Assembly: GCA_965195285.1 (NCBI GenBank)
Contig: CBDAFS010000049.1
Coordinates: 1 to 64,000, forward strand
Direction: 5' to 3'
DNA: 64,000 bases
Origin: an uncultured Aminicenantes bacterium
GTDB taxonomy: Bacteria; Acidobacteriota; Aminicenantia; UBA2199
Shown piece after piece: positions 37,521-47,914 of this stretch (position 1 is the first letter of the stretch; every line of letters begins with the position of its first letter). The notes under the pieces are model-generated. The model searched no databases, was not told where the DNA came from, and was given only the letters and a program-made list of their open reading frames with translations. The translations under genes and the position numbers were made by a program.

Positions 37521-39083
37521 TTACTCAACGATAAACTTTTTAATTTCATTGGTCTGGGGATCAATGAGGTGTACTGCACAGGCCAGACAGGGATCGAAAG
37601 ACCGTATAATCCTGACCACGTTAATGGGGTTATCAGGATCCGGTACCGGGGCGCCGATCAGGGCTTCTTCATACTGACCTCTGATCTTGCGGTTGCAGCG
37701 GGGTGAGGCATTCCAGGTCGACGGAACAACGCATTGGTAGTTGTCAATTTTTTTATTCTTTATGTTTATCCAGTGTCCCAGAGATCCGCGGGGCGGTTCA
37801 TAAAATCCGGCACCCATCCCATTTTCGGGTGGTTCCCAGTGTTTGGTGTCATGAATCTTGAAGTTGGGTTTGGTCATCTCAGTCAGTAATTGATCGCACC
37901 ACTGGTAACAGGCATCCACCACCAGTTTGGTTTCCAGTGCACGGGCGGCATGTCGCGCCACAACACCCGGTTTGACTCCCTTTCCAACCAGTTTGAGCAG
38001 GTCAGGATTCTTTGCTATCAACTGGCGGGCCAGAGGACCTACTTCCATGGACATGCCATTGTATCTTGGGGCCTTGGTAAAGGAATAGGCCCGCTTTTTA
38101 TCGAGCTGAAAAACGGTTTGCCCCTTGGCGGGATGCAGGGGTTTCCGGCCCATATACCAGGCATAATTGACGGCTTCGGTAATTTTTTCGGCTTCAAAGG
38201 GCTCCACGACGATATTGGCAGGGTTCAGTTTGTTGATGACCCCGGCCGGGAAAAGGAGCTCATCCTTGGGTGGATGTTTGTGCAATGAACCGTAGGAGAG
38301 ATAATTGTAATGACCTCCTCCCAATCCACTCGTTGCCAAAGGCAGCAGAGGACCGGTACCAAAGGCCAGTACATCGGGCAGGTATATCTCATTGACGAAT
38401 TTTGCCTGTTCATCCAGCATGGTACGGAATTTTAATACCTGGGTTACATCCGGAAGCTGGGTGAATCCGCCCACCACAATACTCTGATAATGGGGCTGCC
38501 TGCCGCCAAAAATGGCTCCCATGTTCCGGGCCTTGGCCTGCATGGACAGGGCATCGATATAGTGTTTGACCGCTGTTATTACCATATCCGGATCATTGAC
38601 GCAGAATTCGTCCGGTTTGTATCGGGGGGTCAGGGGATAGGTATCCTTGGATTTGACCAGGGTTAGTATCTTATCCTTGACAACCAGCAGTCCCTTGTCT
38701 TTTCCCTGATAATTGGCTATGGCCATAATGTCCAGATAATCCAGGGCCGAGAGGTGGTAAAAGTGGAGCGGATGATCATAAATATACTGCGCACCCATAA
38801 CCAGGTTTCTCAGGAGTGTGCCGCCGGTGGGTACGGTTGCTCCAAAGGCATCATCCAGGGCGTAAGCCGAACATAATTGATGGACGCTGTAACAGACACC
38901 ACATATCCTGGAAGTCACATAGGATGCATCCCGGGGATCTTTTCCCTTGAGCAATAATTCCATACCCCTGGCCATGGTTCCGGAGCTCCAGGCGTTCTTG
39001 ACTTTACCGTTTTCGATTTCAACTTCAATTTTCAGGTGTCCCTCTATTCGTGTGACCGGGTCAACAACGATTCTCTTTCCCAT
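37521..39083 (-). CDS. [NiFe] hydrogenase large subunit (group 1)
   Basis: DPVTRIEGH, L1 RICGVC, L2 RSFDPCLACAVH plus cleavable C-terminal tail. Confidence 0.95.
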   Translation of the reverse strand: MGKRIVVDPVTRIEGHLKIEVEIENGKVKNAWSSGTMARGMELLLKGKDPRDASYVTSRICGVCYSVHQLCSAYALDDAFGATVPTGGTLLRNLVMGAQYIYDHPLHFYHLSALDYLDIMAIANYQGKDKGLLVVKDKILTLVKSKDTYPLTPRYKPDEFCVNDPDMVITAVKHYIDALSMQAKARNMGAIFGGRQPHYQSIVVGGFTQLPDVTQVLKFRTMLDEQAKFVNEIYLPDVLAFGTGPLLPLATSGLGGGHYNYLSYGSLHKHPPKDELLFPAGVINKLNPANIVVEPFEAEKITEAVNYAWYMGRKPLHPAKGQTVFQLDKKRAYSFTKAPRYNGMSMEVGPLARQLIAKNPDLLKLVGKGVKPGVVARHAARALETKLVVDACYQWCDQLLTEMTKPNFKIHDTKHWEPPENGMGAGFYEPPRGSLGHWINIKNKKIDNYQCVVPSTWNASPRCNRKIRGQYEEALIGAPVPDPDNPINVVRIIRSFDPCLACAVHLIDPQTNEIKKFIVE

Positions 39084-39084
39084 T

Positions 39085-40065
39085 TTACGCCTCCTTTCCT
39101 GATCTGGCTTTTATTTTTTGACTGGCTGCGTACATGATCCTTTTCTTCAATTGATCATCGGCATCTGCATATAGCGGAGTCATTCCCTTATAGAATATGG
39201 GTTCGGCACAACCCATACAGCCGGCCCCGCAATCAATACAGAAATTCTGTCCGTCGTTCCATCTCCTGACCGGACAATCGGAATAGGTCTCCGGTCCCTT
39301 GCAGCCTTTTTCAATCAGGCACCAGTTCTTTTGCTGGGGGTCATTCCAATCCTGAAGGAATTTTTCATCTTCAAAATAGGCACGCCGCCTGCAATTGTCG
39401 TGAATGACCTCACCAAAATACATGAGGGGCCGCTTGTGTTCATCAAGAGCCGGCACCTTTTTGGTGACCAGGTAGTACACAATGGTTCCGACCAGGTGGT
39501 CCACATGGACCGGGCAGGTGGAGAGATTGATAATGGGTTTGTTTTTTACGATTTCGCTAACCCCAACTGCACCGGTGGGTCCGGCAGCCGGAATTCCCCC
39601 GAAAGAGGCACAGGCACCCACGGCAATAATGACAGCGGCATTGGAAGCGGCTTCCAGTACGATTTCACGGAAGGGTCGGCCTCCAATCGTGCAGAAGCGG
39701 TCATCGGCCATAGGAATAGATCCTTCCACTATCAGTACATAGCCACCCTGTTTGACTGTGGCATGATAGGCGGCTTCAGCCTGGTAACCGGATGCAGCCA
39801 TGATGGTTTCATGGTATCTGATCGATAACTTGTCCAGAATAAGCGAAGCGACCGGCGGATTGAGGGAACCGGCAAAGGAAATCGTACAACCGGCGCAATC
39901 CTGGCCTTCCAGCCAGATGACCGGTGGTTTATTGGAAGTCGATGCAGCCATTACAGCTGAAAGCGTATTGGCAAACTCCAGTTTCGAAACACCCATTACT
40001 GCAGCCATTGATCCGCAAAATTTCATGAAATCACGTCGGGTTATTTCTCCAAAAATTTCACTCAC
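39085..40065 (-). CDS. [NiFe] hydrogenase small subunit with Tat signal
   Basis: TRRDFMK; CAGC, GACASFGG, TCP; HDNC...CL...GCKGP; CP...CIDCGAGCMGC; GTG start at 40065 after AAGGAGG. Confidence 0.93.
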   Translation of the reverse strand: MSEIFGEITRRDFMKFCGSMAAVMGVSKLEFANTLSAVMAASTSNKPPVIWLEGQDCAGCTISFAGSLNPPVASLILDKLSIRYHETIMAASGYQAEAAYHATVKQGGYVLIVEGSIPMADDRFCTIGGRPFREIVLEAASNAAVIIAVGACASFGGIPAAGPTGAVGVSEIVKNKPIINLSTCPVHVDHLVGTIVYYLVTKKVPALDEHKRPLMYFGEVIHDNCRRRAYFEDEKFLQDWNDPQQKNWCLIEKGCKGPETYSDCPVRRWNDGQNFCIDCGAGCMGCAEPIFYKGMTPLYADADDQLKKRIMYAASQKIKARSGKEA

Positions 40066-40254
40066 TTTTACCTCCTTATTTTGGTTTGTTGAAGATAGGA
40101 AAATGACAATTGAATTGATGATACGGTATACACAAATAAAATTATAAGTAAAGAAAAATGCAAAGTCAACCAAAAAAGTCTCATTTGTTTCGTAATTTAT
40201 TCACCCAGCGTTGACGGTCAACACCAATTTGACTTATATCAGCTACATTTGAAA

Positions 40255-40845
40255 TTAAACCTGGTTTTTATTCATATTTTCCAGATATATCTTATAATTT
40301 TCTATAGAATTGAGGTTGTAATACCATCCGTTGTTTTCCATTGGAATATATTTTGTTTGGCATTTTAAAAAGAGTTTACTGATTTTATTTTGCTTTTGTA
40401 TCAGTAATTCTTCTATCTTGGGAATCAAATTTTTGTTGTAAAAGGCAAAAAGAGGTTCAAATTTGTTTTTACCAGAAACAGGAACCACGATATCATATTC
40501 ATCGGTATAAGAATTCAGCTTTTCGATGAAATCAAAATTGACCCCTGGTATATCGCAGGCAATTACAAAATTAACTGCATTTTTTGAGGCACGAAGGCCT
40601 GAAAGAATACCCATAAGAGGTCCTGTATTGAGTTTTTCATCAACAACAATACGGTGGGGAAGAAAGTCGAATAATTCTCTGGATTGGGCACTTATTAGAA
40701 TTTCTCCAAAATAAGGCTCAATATCATTGATGATTTTTTCAATGATAGTAATGCCAGAAACAGGAAGAAGTGCCTTGTTTCCGTTTATCCGAGCGCTTTT
40801 CCCTCCCGCAAGGATGATTGCACTCGTATTCTTTTGTTTTTTCAC
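40255..40845 (-). CDS. mobA: Molybdenum cofactor guanylyltransferase
   Basis: IILAGGKSARING-KALL, GPLMGI, ACDIP, EPL, NLNS. Confidence 0.88.
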   Translation of the reverse strand: MKKQKNTSAIILAGGKSARINGNKALLPVSGITIIEKIINDIEPYFGEILISAQSRELFDFLPHRIVVDEKLNTGPLMGILSGLRASKNAVNFVIACDIPGVNFDFIEKLNSYTDEYDIVVPVSGKNKFEPLFAFYNKNLIPKIEELLIQKQNKISKLFLKCQTKYIPMENNGWYYNLNSIENYKIYLENMNKNQV

Positions 40846-40898
40846 CCCAGTAAAAAATATTTTAAACTGAATATAATAATTTATACTGGTTAAAATAC

Positions 40899-42017
40899 CT
40901 AAAAAGCATAAATACAGCTAAAAATGAGCTGGTTTGTTTTTTGATCGTCAGCATTTAAATGTTTGCTAATAAAGTTTGTGTATTCCAAACCAAAAGAAAC
41001 ACCACTGCCCATAACATATTTAATACCCACATATATACAATTGGTGTCATCTAAATCTCCATTACTCAATTGTTCTTCATCAAGACTTTCAAATGCATAA
41101 CCAACCCAGGCATTAAATTTTTTGCTGGCTTTGTATACCAGTTCTGTCCAGAAAGCGGTTACTTTTGCTGCCTCAATTTCCATAGCTGCCGCATTATCAT
41201 AAACGTAAGCTTTGGAAATGAAGTTTTTTAAATTTTGTCCGACAGTAAATTCTCCCGTTAAGGTAAACTTGGAAAAGGGAATGGTCCAGTCAAAACATAC
41301 TCCCATGATATTCACATTATTTTCATAGGTGGTTTCTGCTTCATCCACTACAATAACACCGTCATGACTTTCTAATCCATATACTCCGGAAACACCAATC
41401 TTGATTTTTCCTTTTGCTCCCAGATTCAGGCCTAATCTTCCTTGTAATATAGGCATATAGGTGGCCCTGGCTTCGGCACTGGTTGGATCGTTAACACTGA
41501 CGGCAATATTAAATGTACCAGTAGAGTAAGCATAACGAATCTGCGCCCGTCGGAATCCGACATTACCAGTCTGCCAAAGAGCACCGTTGGTATTTATGGT
41601 GGTAGGGCAAAGGGGTCCGAAAACATCCCAGAATTGGCCGAATAAAAATGTTGAACTTTCTTTGGTTAGAGTGAAGTTGGCATGACGTGTTCTGAATTTC
41701 ATTTGATTTGCAGTTGAGTCGAAAAGATCCCATTCCAGATGAGCTCCGATTTTCCATCCATTCCCAACTGTGGCACCGGTCCATTTAAATCCGAAACGTG
41801 TATTCATGGCTGTAAGAGCAACGTTACCATCTCCCTCTTTGGCATAACGGGCGGCAATGATATTGTTAATCCCACTATCCTGGATGTGGGCATCAAGCTT
41901 TACGAATCCATAGAAGAAGAAGTTGTCTGTCAATTTGACAGCACCGTGGGTGTTAAAGGGAATCATGCAGAGAATTACAAAGGTTGTACAAAAAATAACA
42001 AGATTTTTTACTTTCAT
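40899..42017 (-). CDS. Outer-membrane porin (DcaP-like beta-barrel)
   Basis: Signal peptide, YGFVKLD, TRFG, RHA, LFGQFW, RRAQIRY, terminal YAF. Confidence 0.7.
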   Translation of the reverse strand: MKVKNLVIFCTTFVILCMIPFNTHGAVKLTDNFFFYGFVKLDAHIQDSGINNIIAARYAKEGDGNVALTAMNTRFGFKWTGATVGNGWKIGAHLEWDLFDSTANQMKFRTRHANFTLTKESSTFLFGQFWDVFGPLCPTTINTNGALWQTGNVGFRRAQIRYAYSTGTFNIAVSVNDPTSAEARATYMPILQGRLGLNLGAKGKIKIGVSGVYGLESHDGVIVVDEAETTYENNVNIMGVCFDWTIPFSKFTLTGEFTVGQNLKNFISKAYVYDNAAAMEIEAAKVTAFWTELVYKASKKFNAWVGYAFESLDEEQLSNGDLDDTNCIYVGIKYVMGSGVSFGLEYTNFISKHLNADDQKTNQLIFSCIYAF

Positions 42018-42257
42018 ATAAAATTCTCCTTTTTAAGGTTTTCAATTTCTGAATTTATTTGAGTGTCTTTATAACTTTTCTGTTTTGAATAAATTGTTAA
42101 ATTTAAGATTAAATTAACTCGAACCAAATTATAAGAATAAAAACAATAAAAGTCAACCAAATATGTTTCGGTTTTCAAAAAAAATTGCTTTCTATCATTC
42201 CCATTTGATTTTCTCTATTGGTTTTTTTTTGATATAATGGGGATCTGAAAAGCACAA

Positions 42258-44540
42258 ATGAGAATTAACCGCAGTATAGTAAAAAAAGATAAATCGGATC
42301 TGTCGGCCCGAAGGATCCGTATTTTGTTTAAGGGCATCGTACAGGGAGTCGGGTTCAGGCCCTTTATTTACCGGAGTGTCCAGAAGTTCCGCTTATCGGG
42401 ATTTGTGAAAAACACTGCCAGGGGAGTGGTTGTGGAGGTTGAAGGCCTTCAACTGGACAGGTTTGTCCGCTATATTCTGAAAAATCCGCCGCCGTTATCC
42501 CGGATTGAACATCATCAGATCACTGATCTGCCGGTCCGGCTTTCGGTTGGATTTGAGATTGTACCCAGTGAGCGGGATGATTTGTGTGATTTGCTGGTAT
42601 CCGCCGATATTGCCATCTGTAAAAATTGTCAGAGGGAACTGTTTTCCAGGCAGAACCGGCGCCATGGCTATCCCTTTATCAATTGTACCGATTGCGGCCC
42701 GCGCTTGACCATCATCCAGTCCCTGCCCTATGACCGACCGAAAACAACCATGAAAGCATTTGAAATGTGCCCGGCCTGCGGGAATGAATATGTCGATCCG
42801 ACTGATCGGCGGTATCATGCCCAGCCGGTTTCCTGTTTTCAGTGTGGTCCTGAACTGGCTCTGTACGGAAATGAAAAGTTTAATCATAAGGACCTGATTG
42901 AAACGGTCTCCGAAAAACTGAAAAAAGGATTTGTGGTGGCCCTGAAGGGACTCGGGGGGTATCATCTGGCCTGCCTGGCCTCATCGGATGTTTCGGTTGT
43001 GAAATTGAGAAAATTGAAGAACAGAATGACCAAACCTTTTGCCCTGATGGGAACCCTGAAAATGATTAAAAAAAACTGTCTGGTTTCCATAAAGGAAAAG
43101 CAGATCCTGGATTCTCCGTCGGCACCAATCCTGTTGCTGGAGAAAAAAGAGTCTTCAACCCTTTCCGATCATATTGCTCCGGGGCAAAACCATATTGGAT
43201 TTATGCTGCCCTATACTCCCTTGCATTTGTTGATAATTGAAAAGGTCGGGGAGCCGCTGGTGATGACCAGTGCCAATTTTTCCGGCGAACCCATCATCTA
43301 TAAGGATGATTTCAAACCTCTGTCGGATCTCTCGGACCTGATTTTAACCCATAACCGGGACATCCATGTCTTTGCCGATGATTCGGTGGCCCGGGTTTTT
43401 GATAATAATTTGTATATGGTCCGGCGGAGCCGGGGATATGTTCCCCTGCCTCTTAAGCTTCCCTTCAAAGTTCCCCGAAAAACCGTGGGCCTGGGAGCCA
43501 TGTTGAAGACCACCTTTAGCGTATTGTTTGATGACCGGGCCATTGTCAGCCAGTATATCGGCAATACCGATTCTCCGGCTTCAATAGAAGCGGAGAAATT
43601 ATTACTCCATCACTATCAGCACTTGTTTGCCTTTAATCCGGAACTGGTGGTGATTGACCGGCATCCGGAATATCCCAACCGCATCCTGGTCGGGGAATAT
43701 GAGAAATGCCAGGTGATGGAGATTCAGCATCACCGTGCCCATGTCGGTTCTTTACTGGCCGAACACGGTGAGTTAGGCAAAATCCTGGGGATATCCATGG
43801 ACGGTACCGGATTCGGGGATGACGGAAAAATCTGGGGGGGGGAATTTTTTGTTGGTGATTACCGCCAGTTATCCAGGTTTGGTCACCTGAAGTATCAGCT
43901 GTTACCCTCGGGAGAACAATCCATAAAAGAACCCTGGCGTTATGGGCTGTCAATACTGTATGCGTTGTATGGTGATTCGGAGCCGGTCAACAAACTGGCG
44001 GAAAAATTCAAGGACAAGGGAAAACTGGTTTTGGAAGCCATCCGGAAAAAATTCGGGGGCATCGAAACCTCCAGTTGTGGCAGGCTGTTTGACGCCGTGG
44101 CCGCCATTCTGGGAATCGGATATTTTAGCACTTATGACGGTGAACTGCCGTCCCTTCTTCAGGCCCTGGCTGAAAAAAGTCTCAGGCCGGATACAATCTA
44201 TTCCTATTCACTGAATCAAGAGGATGGTTATATTCTGGATGTACTTCCGGGCCTGGATGACATGATCAGGGACAGGCAGGATATTCCCGAAAAGGCATTC
44301 GGGTTTCACAATACACTGGCCCACGGATTTCTGGAAATGGCCAGGAAAGCCCGTTCCGAATTAAAGATTGAAAAAGTCGGCCTGACCGGAGGTGTGTTTC
44401 AGAACACACTGCTGCTGGAATTGACCCGCAACCTGTTGGTCAAAAACCGTTTCGATGTCCTGGTACATTCGGAAATCCCCTCCAATGACGGTGGGATTTC
44501 CCTGGGTCAGGCTTTTCTGGCTGCGGCCAGCTATTTATAG
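42258..44540 (+). CDS. hypF: Hydrogenase maturation carbamoyltransferase
   Basis: GIVQGVGFRPF, zinc-finger CxxC pairs, KGLGG, QHHRAH, DGTGFG, NDGGISLGQ. Confidence 0.95.
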   Translation: MRINRSIVKKDKSDLSARRIRILFKGIVQGVGFRPFIYRSVQKFRLSGFVKNTARGVVVEVEGLQLDRFVRYILKNPPPLSRIEHHQITDLPVRLSVGFEIVPSERDDLCDLLVSADIAICKNCQRELFSRQNRRHGYPFINCTDCGPRLTIIQSLPYDRPKTTMKAFEMCPACGNEYVDPTDRRYHAQPVSCFQCGPELALYGNEKFNHKDLIETVSEKLKKGFVVALKGLGGYHLACLASSDVSVVKLRKLKNRMTKPFALMGTLKMIKKNCLVSIKEKQILDSPSAPILLLEKKESSTLSDHIAPGQNHIGFMLPYTPLHLLIIEKVGEPLVMTSANFSGEPIIYKDDFKPLSDLSDLILTHNRDIHVFADDSVARVFDNNLYMVRRSRGYVPLPLKLPFKVPRKTVGLGAMLKTTFSVLFDDRAIVSQYIGNTDSPASIEAEKLLLHHYQHLFAFNPELVVIDRHPEYPNRILVGEYEKCQVMEIQHHRAHVGSLLAEHGELGKILGISMDGTGFGDDGKIWGGEFFVGDYRQLSRFGHLKYQLLPSGEQSIKEPWRYGLSILYALYGDSEPVNKLAEKFKDKGKLVLEAIRKKFGGIETSSCGRLFDAVAAILGIGYFSTYDGELPSLLQALAEKSLRPDTIYSYSLNQEDGYILDVLPGLDDMIRDRQDIPEKAFGFHNTLAHGFLEMARKARSELKIEKVGLTGGVFQNTLLLELTRNLLVKNRFDVLVHSEIPSNDGGISLGQAFLAAASYL

Positions 44541-44550
44541 GAGTTAGCCA

Positions 44551-44766
44551 ATGTGTTTAGCAGTACCCATGCAGGTAACGGAAATCAATGGTGAAATGGG
44601 AAAAGTTGAAATCGGCGGTGTCTGCCGTGAAGTGGGATTGATGCTTCTGGAAGATATCCGCATCGGTGACTGGGTGATTGTACATGCCGGTATTGCCATT
44701 TCAAAGATAAATGATCAAGAGGCTGAAGAAACCCTTAAGCTGTTTAAAGAGGGCGGGATGATCTGA
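44551..44766 (+). CDS. hypC: Hydrogenase assembly chaperone
   Basis: MCLAVP N-terminus, GDWVIVHAG. Confidence 0.95.
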   Translation: MCLAVPMQVTEINGEMGKVEIGGVCREVGLMLLEDIRIGDWVIVHAGIAISKINDQEAEETLKLFKEGGMI

Positions 44767-44812
44767 ACGGAAACATTGGTTTTGGTTCTGAGTTTAGATA
44801 TTGATTTCTGAT

Positions 44813-45940
44813 CTAGAGTTTATACTCCAAACCCAAGAGCAGGGCCCAGGGTTTGGCTCCCGAGCTCCAGGATTCTTTCTCTCGCTGGTTTTCAAGCAGT
44901 CCGGTAAAATAGAGGCGGAATGATTTGAAAAACCGGTAGGCGATTTTGGCTACCAGTCTTTTAATGGGGGGATCATGCAGGGGATGGCCGATTTCCTGGG
45001 GGTAATATTCACCGTAATTTACATTCAATAACAGTTTGGGTGATTCGTATCTCAGGTTCAGGTATCCGCCCTTTCCTTTGATGGGGGTCTTGTATTGGTA
45101 GAATATGTCCCGAAAATATAGGCTCCTGGGCCAGTAAATATCCTCTTCGTCGAATTCCCGATGAAATCCATAGTGGTCCCAGATCCATTCTCCGGATATG
45201 GTGAACCTTGAAATCTTAACCATGAAATCAATACCGGTATGTTCTTTGTATTCCTTTTGCTGTTCCGAGCCGATGCCATCCTGTGCTTTGTAGGAAAATC
45301 CCAGTGCCCAGTTTTTGCCCTGGGCCCCAAGCCGTATGATTCCGGCCTTGCTGGAATTGGTGTCTCGGTTTTCCTCTCCGTTAACAATGGCAATATCAAA
45401 GGAAATGAATTTGTGCCCGTAATGAATCACCAAACCGGTTTCGCGCCAGAGAATGGCTTCGGTTCGGATGAAGGGGGCACCGAAATTCAGGTTGTTGGAA
45501 AAAAAATCGAAATGGTGCCGGCCGAAGGGGGTGAGGACCTTTCCGAATTTGAGGTTCCATTTGCCCAGCTGCAGAGCCAGGTTCAATTTTGAAATCGTGA
45601 AGGTTTCAAGCTCGAAATTGGCCAGGTAATCCTCCCGTTCCTCGTCGGTAAGGATGTTTTTCCCAAATGGCTGATCAATAAAAAACTCACTCTCAACCGT
45701 CAAAACCCCTCCCCTGAATTTTTTTTCAATATTGGCCTGGATGCTGGCTTCGGCACCAAATGACATTTCCAGACCGCTCCAATAGATACGTTGGTCATCA
45801 ATGGCATAGGATCTGAAGGTGAAGTCGAGTTGAATACTTGTGGAATCGGTAACATTGATTTTTTCCAAAGAATATCCTTGCCAGAAAAAGCCTAAAAGTC
45901 CAAGGATAATTAAGATTGGTTTTGATCTGCTGGCCCGCAT
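44813..45940 (-). CDS. Hypothetical outer-membrane beta-barrel protein
   Basis: Signal peptide, GKVLTPFG, NGE...DTN, alternating aromatic strands, terminal LGLEYKL. Confidence 0.55.
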   Translation of the reverse strand: MRASRSKPILIILGLLGFFWQGYSLEKINVTDSTSIQLDFTFRSYAIDDQRIYWSGLEMSFGAEASIQANIEKKFRGGVLTVESEFFIDQPFGKNILTDEEREDYLANFELETFTISKLNLALQLGKWNLKFGKVLTPFGRHHFDFFSNNLNFGAPFIRTEAILWRETGLVIHYGHKFISFDIAIVNGEENRDTNSSKAGIIRLGAQGKNWALGFSYKAQDGIGSEQQKEYKEHTGIDFMVKISRFTISGEWIWDHYGFHREFDEEDIYWPRSLYFRDIFYQYKTPIKGKGGYLNLRYESPKLLLNVNYGEYYPQEIGHPLHDPPIKRLVAKIAYRFFKSFRLYFTGLLENQREKESWSSGAKPWALLLGLEYKL

Positions 45941-45953
45941 GGTTACCTCCTGA

Positions 45954-46814
45954 TTAAAACATATATGAAATTCCCCACTGAATATGGTGGGTAAAAAAGT
46001 CTATCATGATCTCACCTTCCATATCATCGAAATGCATGCCATGAAGATGGGAGTAGGTGATTTTGTATTCCAGATAAAATCCGAAATGCCTCCAGGGTTT
46101 GTATCGCAGCCCGATTCCCAGTCCGGCCCCGAAGTTTCGCCAGCTGGGCTGGTAGGAATAGGCATCCCATTCCGGGGCATTTTCGGTTAACTTTAATTCC
46201 AGATGGGGAATGGTTGGCCCGGCAGTAATGGACAGGAAGGGTTGAAGTCGACCATCCGGGATTTTTTCGGTTGGAAGCAGCATGAGCCGGTATACCAGAG
46301 ACAACCCGATGTGGTTAATCCCATGGGAAACGCTGAAGTAATCCAGGTAATTCTTGATGGCATCGACCCGGTCAATCTCATTTCCATCAAGCACACCCGA
46401 TACCCGGACTTGCTGGTCTTTGTCATTCAAAAAAATTTTGTGATGAATGAATTCAATCCCGATTCCCAGCCGGGGGGTTTTTTTGAAGAAGTGGATGAAG
46501 CGAAATCCATAATAGGGTTCGGTGAAGGCATCCGACGCATCATCCAGTTTCAGTTGAAGCAGCGGTTTGATAAAGGCATTGGGAATGATGGAATTATCCG
46601 GGAAAAATGAATCATCCTCAAAATAAAGGTGGGTAAAGGTCAATTGATCGGTCGGGGTGGTGATGGATAAATCGGCGTAAACCGGGAAGGATTTGCCCCG
46701 GTTGTATTCGATATAATTCAGGGTCATGCGGTGGTTTCCGGATTTGGGAACGGACAGACAGGAACTCCATATCAATGGGAAAATCAACGCCAAAAAAAAA
46801 AAAACCTTTTTCAT
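45954..46814 (-). CDS. Outer-membrane beta-barrel lipoprotein resembling lipid A oxidase LpxQ
   Basis: PYYGFR, IEFIHHK, SHGIN, IPHLE, YQ, EYKITYS, terminal YMF; lipobox-like WSSC; start re-called at 46814. Confidence 0.55.
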   Translation of the reverse strand: MKKVFFFLALIFPLIWSSCLSVPKSGNHRMTLNYIEYNRGKSFPVYADLSITTPTDQLTFTHLYFEDDSFFPDNSIIPNAFIKPLLQLKLDDASDAFTEPYYGFRFIHFFKKTPRLGIGIEFIHHKIFLNDKDQQVRVSGVLDGNEIDRVDAIKNYLDYFSVSHGINHIGLSLVYRLMLLPTEKIPDGRLQPFLSITAGPTIPHLELKLTENAPEWDAYSYQPSWRNFGAGLGIGLRYKPWRHFGFYLEYKITYSHLHGMHFDDMEGEIMIDFFTHHIQWGISYMF

Positions 46815-46928
46815 AAGCCCATAATCATACCATGAAAACAAAGATTAGACAAAGCCGGCAGGGTTTTTTGTCTTGACAAATTTTACTGTGAAATTATATG
46901 ATGTGACTGGTTTTCAAAGGAGGTTATT

Positions 46929-47903
46929 TTGCTATTATTAAATCGTAAAGATGTGATGTCTGTTTTAGACATGAAGGATTGTATGGATGTGGTTGAAAAA
47001 GCATTTGTCGAATTTACCAGGGGAACCGCTGACCTTCCCTTGCGTGTAAATATCAAACCGCCCGACGGGTTGTCGCTCTATATGCCAGCCTATTTGAAGG
47101 AACTGGGTTCCCTGGCCTGCAAGGTGGTCACGGTTTACAAGAACAATCCCTCAAAATACAATTTGCCGGTCATCACTGGCAAGGTTTTGCTTCAGGATCC
47201 GAATACCGGGGATGTCATATGCATCATGGATGGCGGGTATCTGACCGCTGTTCGGACCGGGGCGGCATCCGGGGTGGCTTCCAAATATCTGGCCCGGGAT
47301 GAGCAAAGTATGATTGTCGGGATCTTTGGGGCCGGGGTTCAGGCCAAAACCCAGCTTATGGCCATGGCAGTGGCCCGGCATATTTCCAGGGCCTATATTT
47401 TTGATACCTCTGATGAGGCGGCCCTGCATTTGGTAACGGATCTGGGCGCGGAACTGGATTTTGATATCATTAAAGCGGATTCTCCGGGTCAGCTGATGGA
47501 GGCCGATATCATCTGTACCGCCACATCTTCTCCGGATCCCTTGTTTGATGGTGAAGCCATTAAACCCGGCACTCATATCAACGGGATTGGAAGTCATACC
47601 CCCAATGCCCGGGAGTTGGATACGACCATCATCAGGAGATCGAAGCTGGTGGGGGATTCCCGGGAAGCCTGCTTTAATGAGGCCGGGGATATCATGATTC
47701 CTCTGCAGGATGGTTCCATTGATGAATCCCATTTTTATGCGGAACTGGGGGAAGTGGTTACCGGTATAAAGCCAGGAAGGACAGATGAGGCGGAAATTAC
47801 GATTTTCAAATCAAATGGGCTGGCCATCCAGGATGCAGCCACTGCCAAGCTGGTTTATGACAAAGCGGTTAAGGCCGGGATCGGATTCCGGGTGGAATTG
47901 TAA
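46929..47903 (+). CDS. Ornithine cyclodeaminase / mu-crystallin family protein (alanine dehydrogenase-like)
   Basis: MPAY, KVV, LTAVRTGAAS, GAGVQA, HINGIGS, FKSNGLAIQD. Confidence 0.9.
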   Translation: MLLLNRKDVMSVLDMKDCMDVVEKAFVEFTRGTADLPLRVNIKPPDGLSLYMPAYLKELGSLACKVVTVYKNNPSKYNLPVITGKVLLQDPNTGDVICIMDGGYLTAVRTGAASGVASKYLARDEQSMIVGIFGAGVQAKTQLMAMAVARHISRAYIFDTSDEAALHLVTDLGAELDFDIIKADSPGQLMEADIICTATSSPDPLFDGEAIKPGTHINGIGSHTPNARELDTTIIRRSKLVGDSREACFNEAGDIMIPLQDGSIDESHFYAELGEVVTGIKPGRTDEAEITIFKSNGLAIQDAATAKLVYDKAVKAGIGFRVEL

Positions 47904-47914
47904 GGAGATATGAC

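Noticed and set aside
37521-37600. Selenocysteine ([NiFeSe]) hydrogenase
   Set aside because: The L2 motif is DPCLAC with TGT codons; there is no in-frame TGA
43834-43842. G9 tract in hypF as a phase-variation site
   Set aside because: It encodes the conserved WGGE motif, so protein constraint explains it; no evidence of slippage
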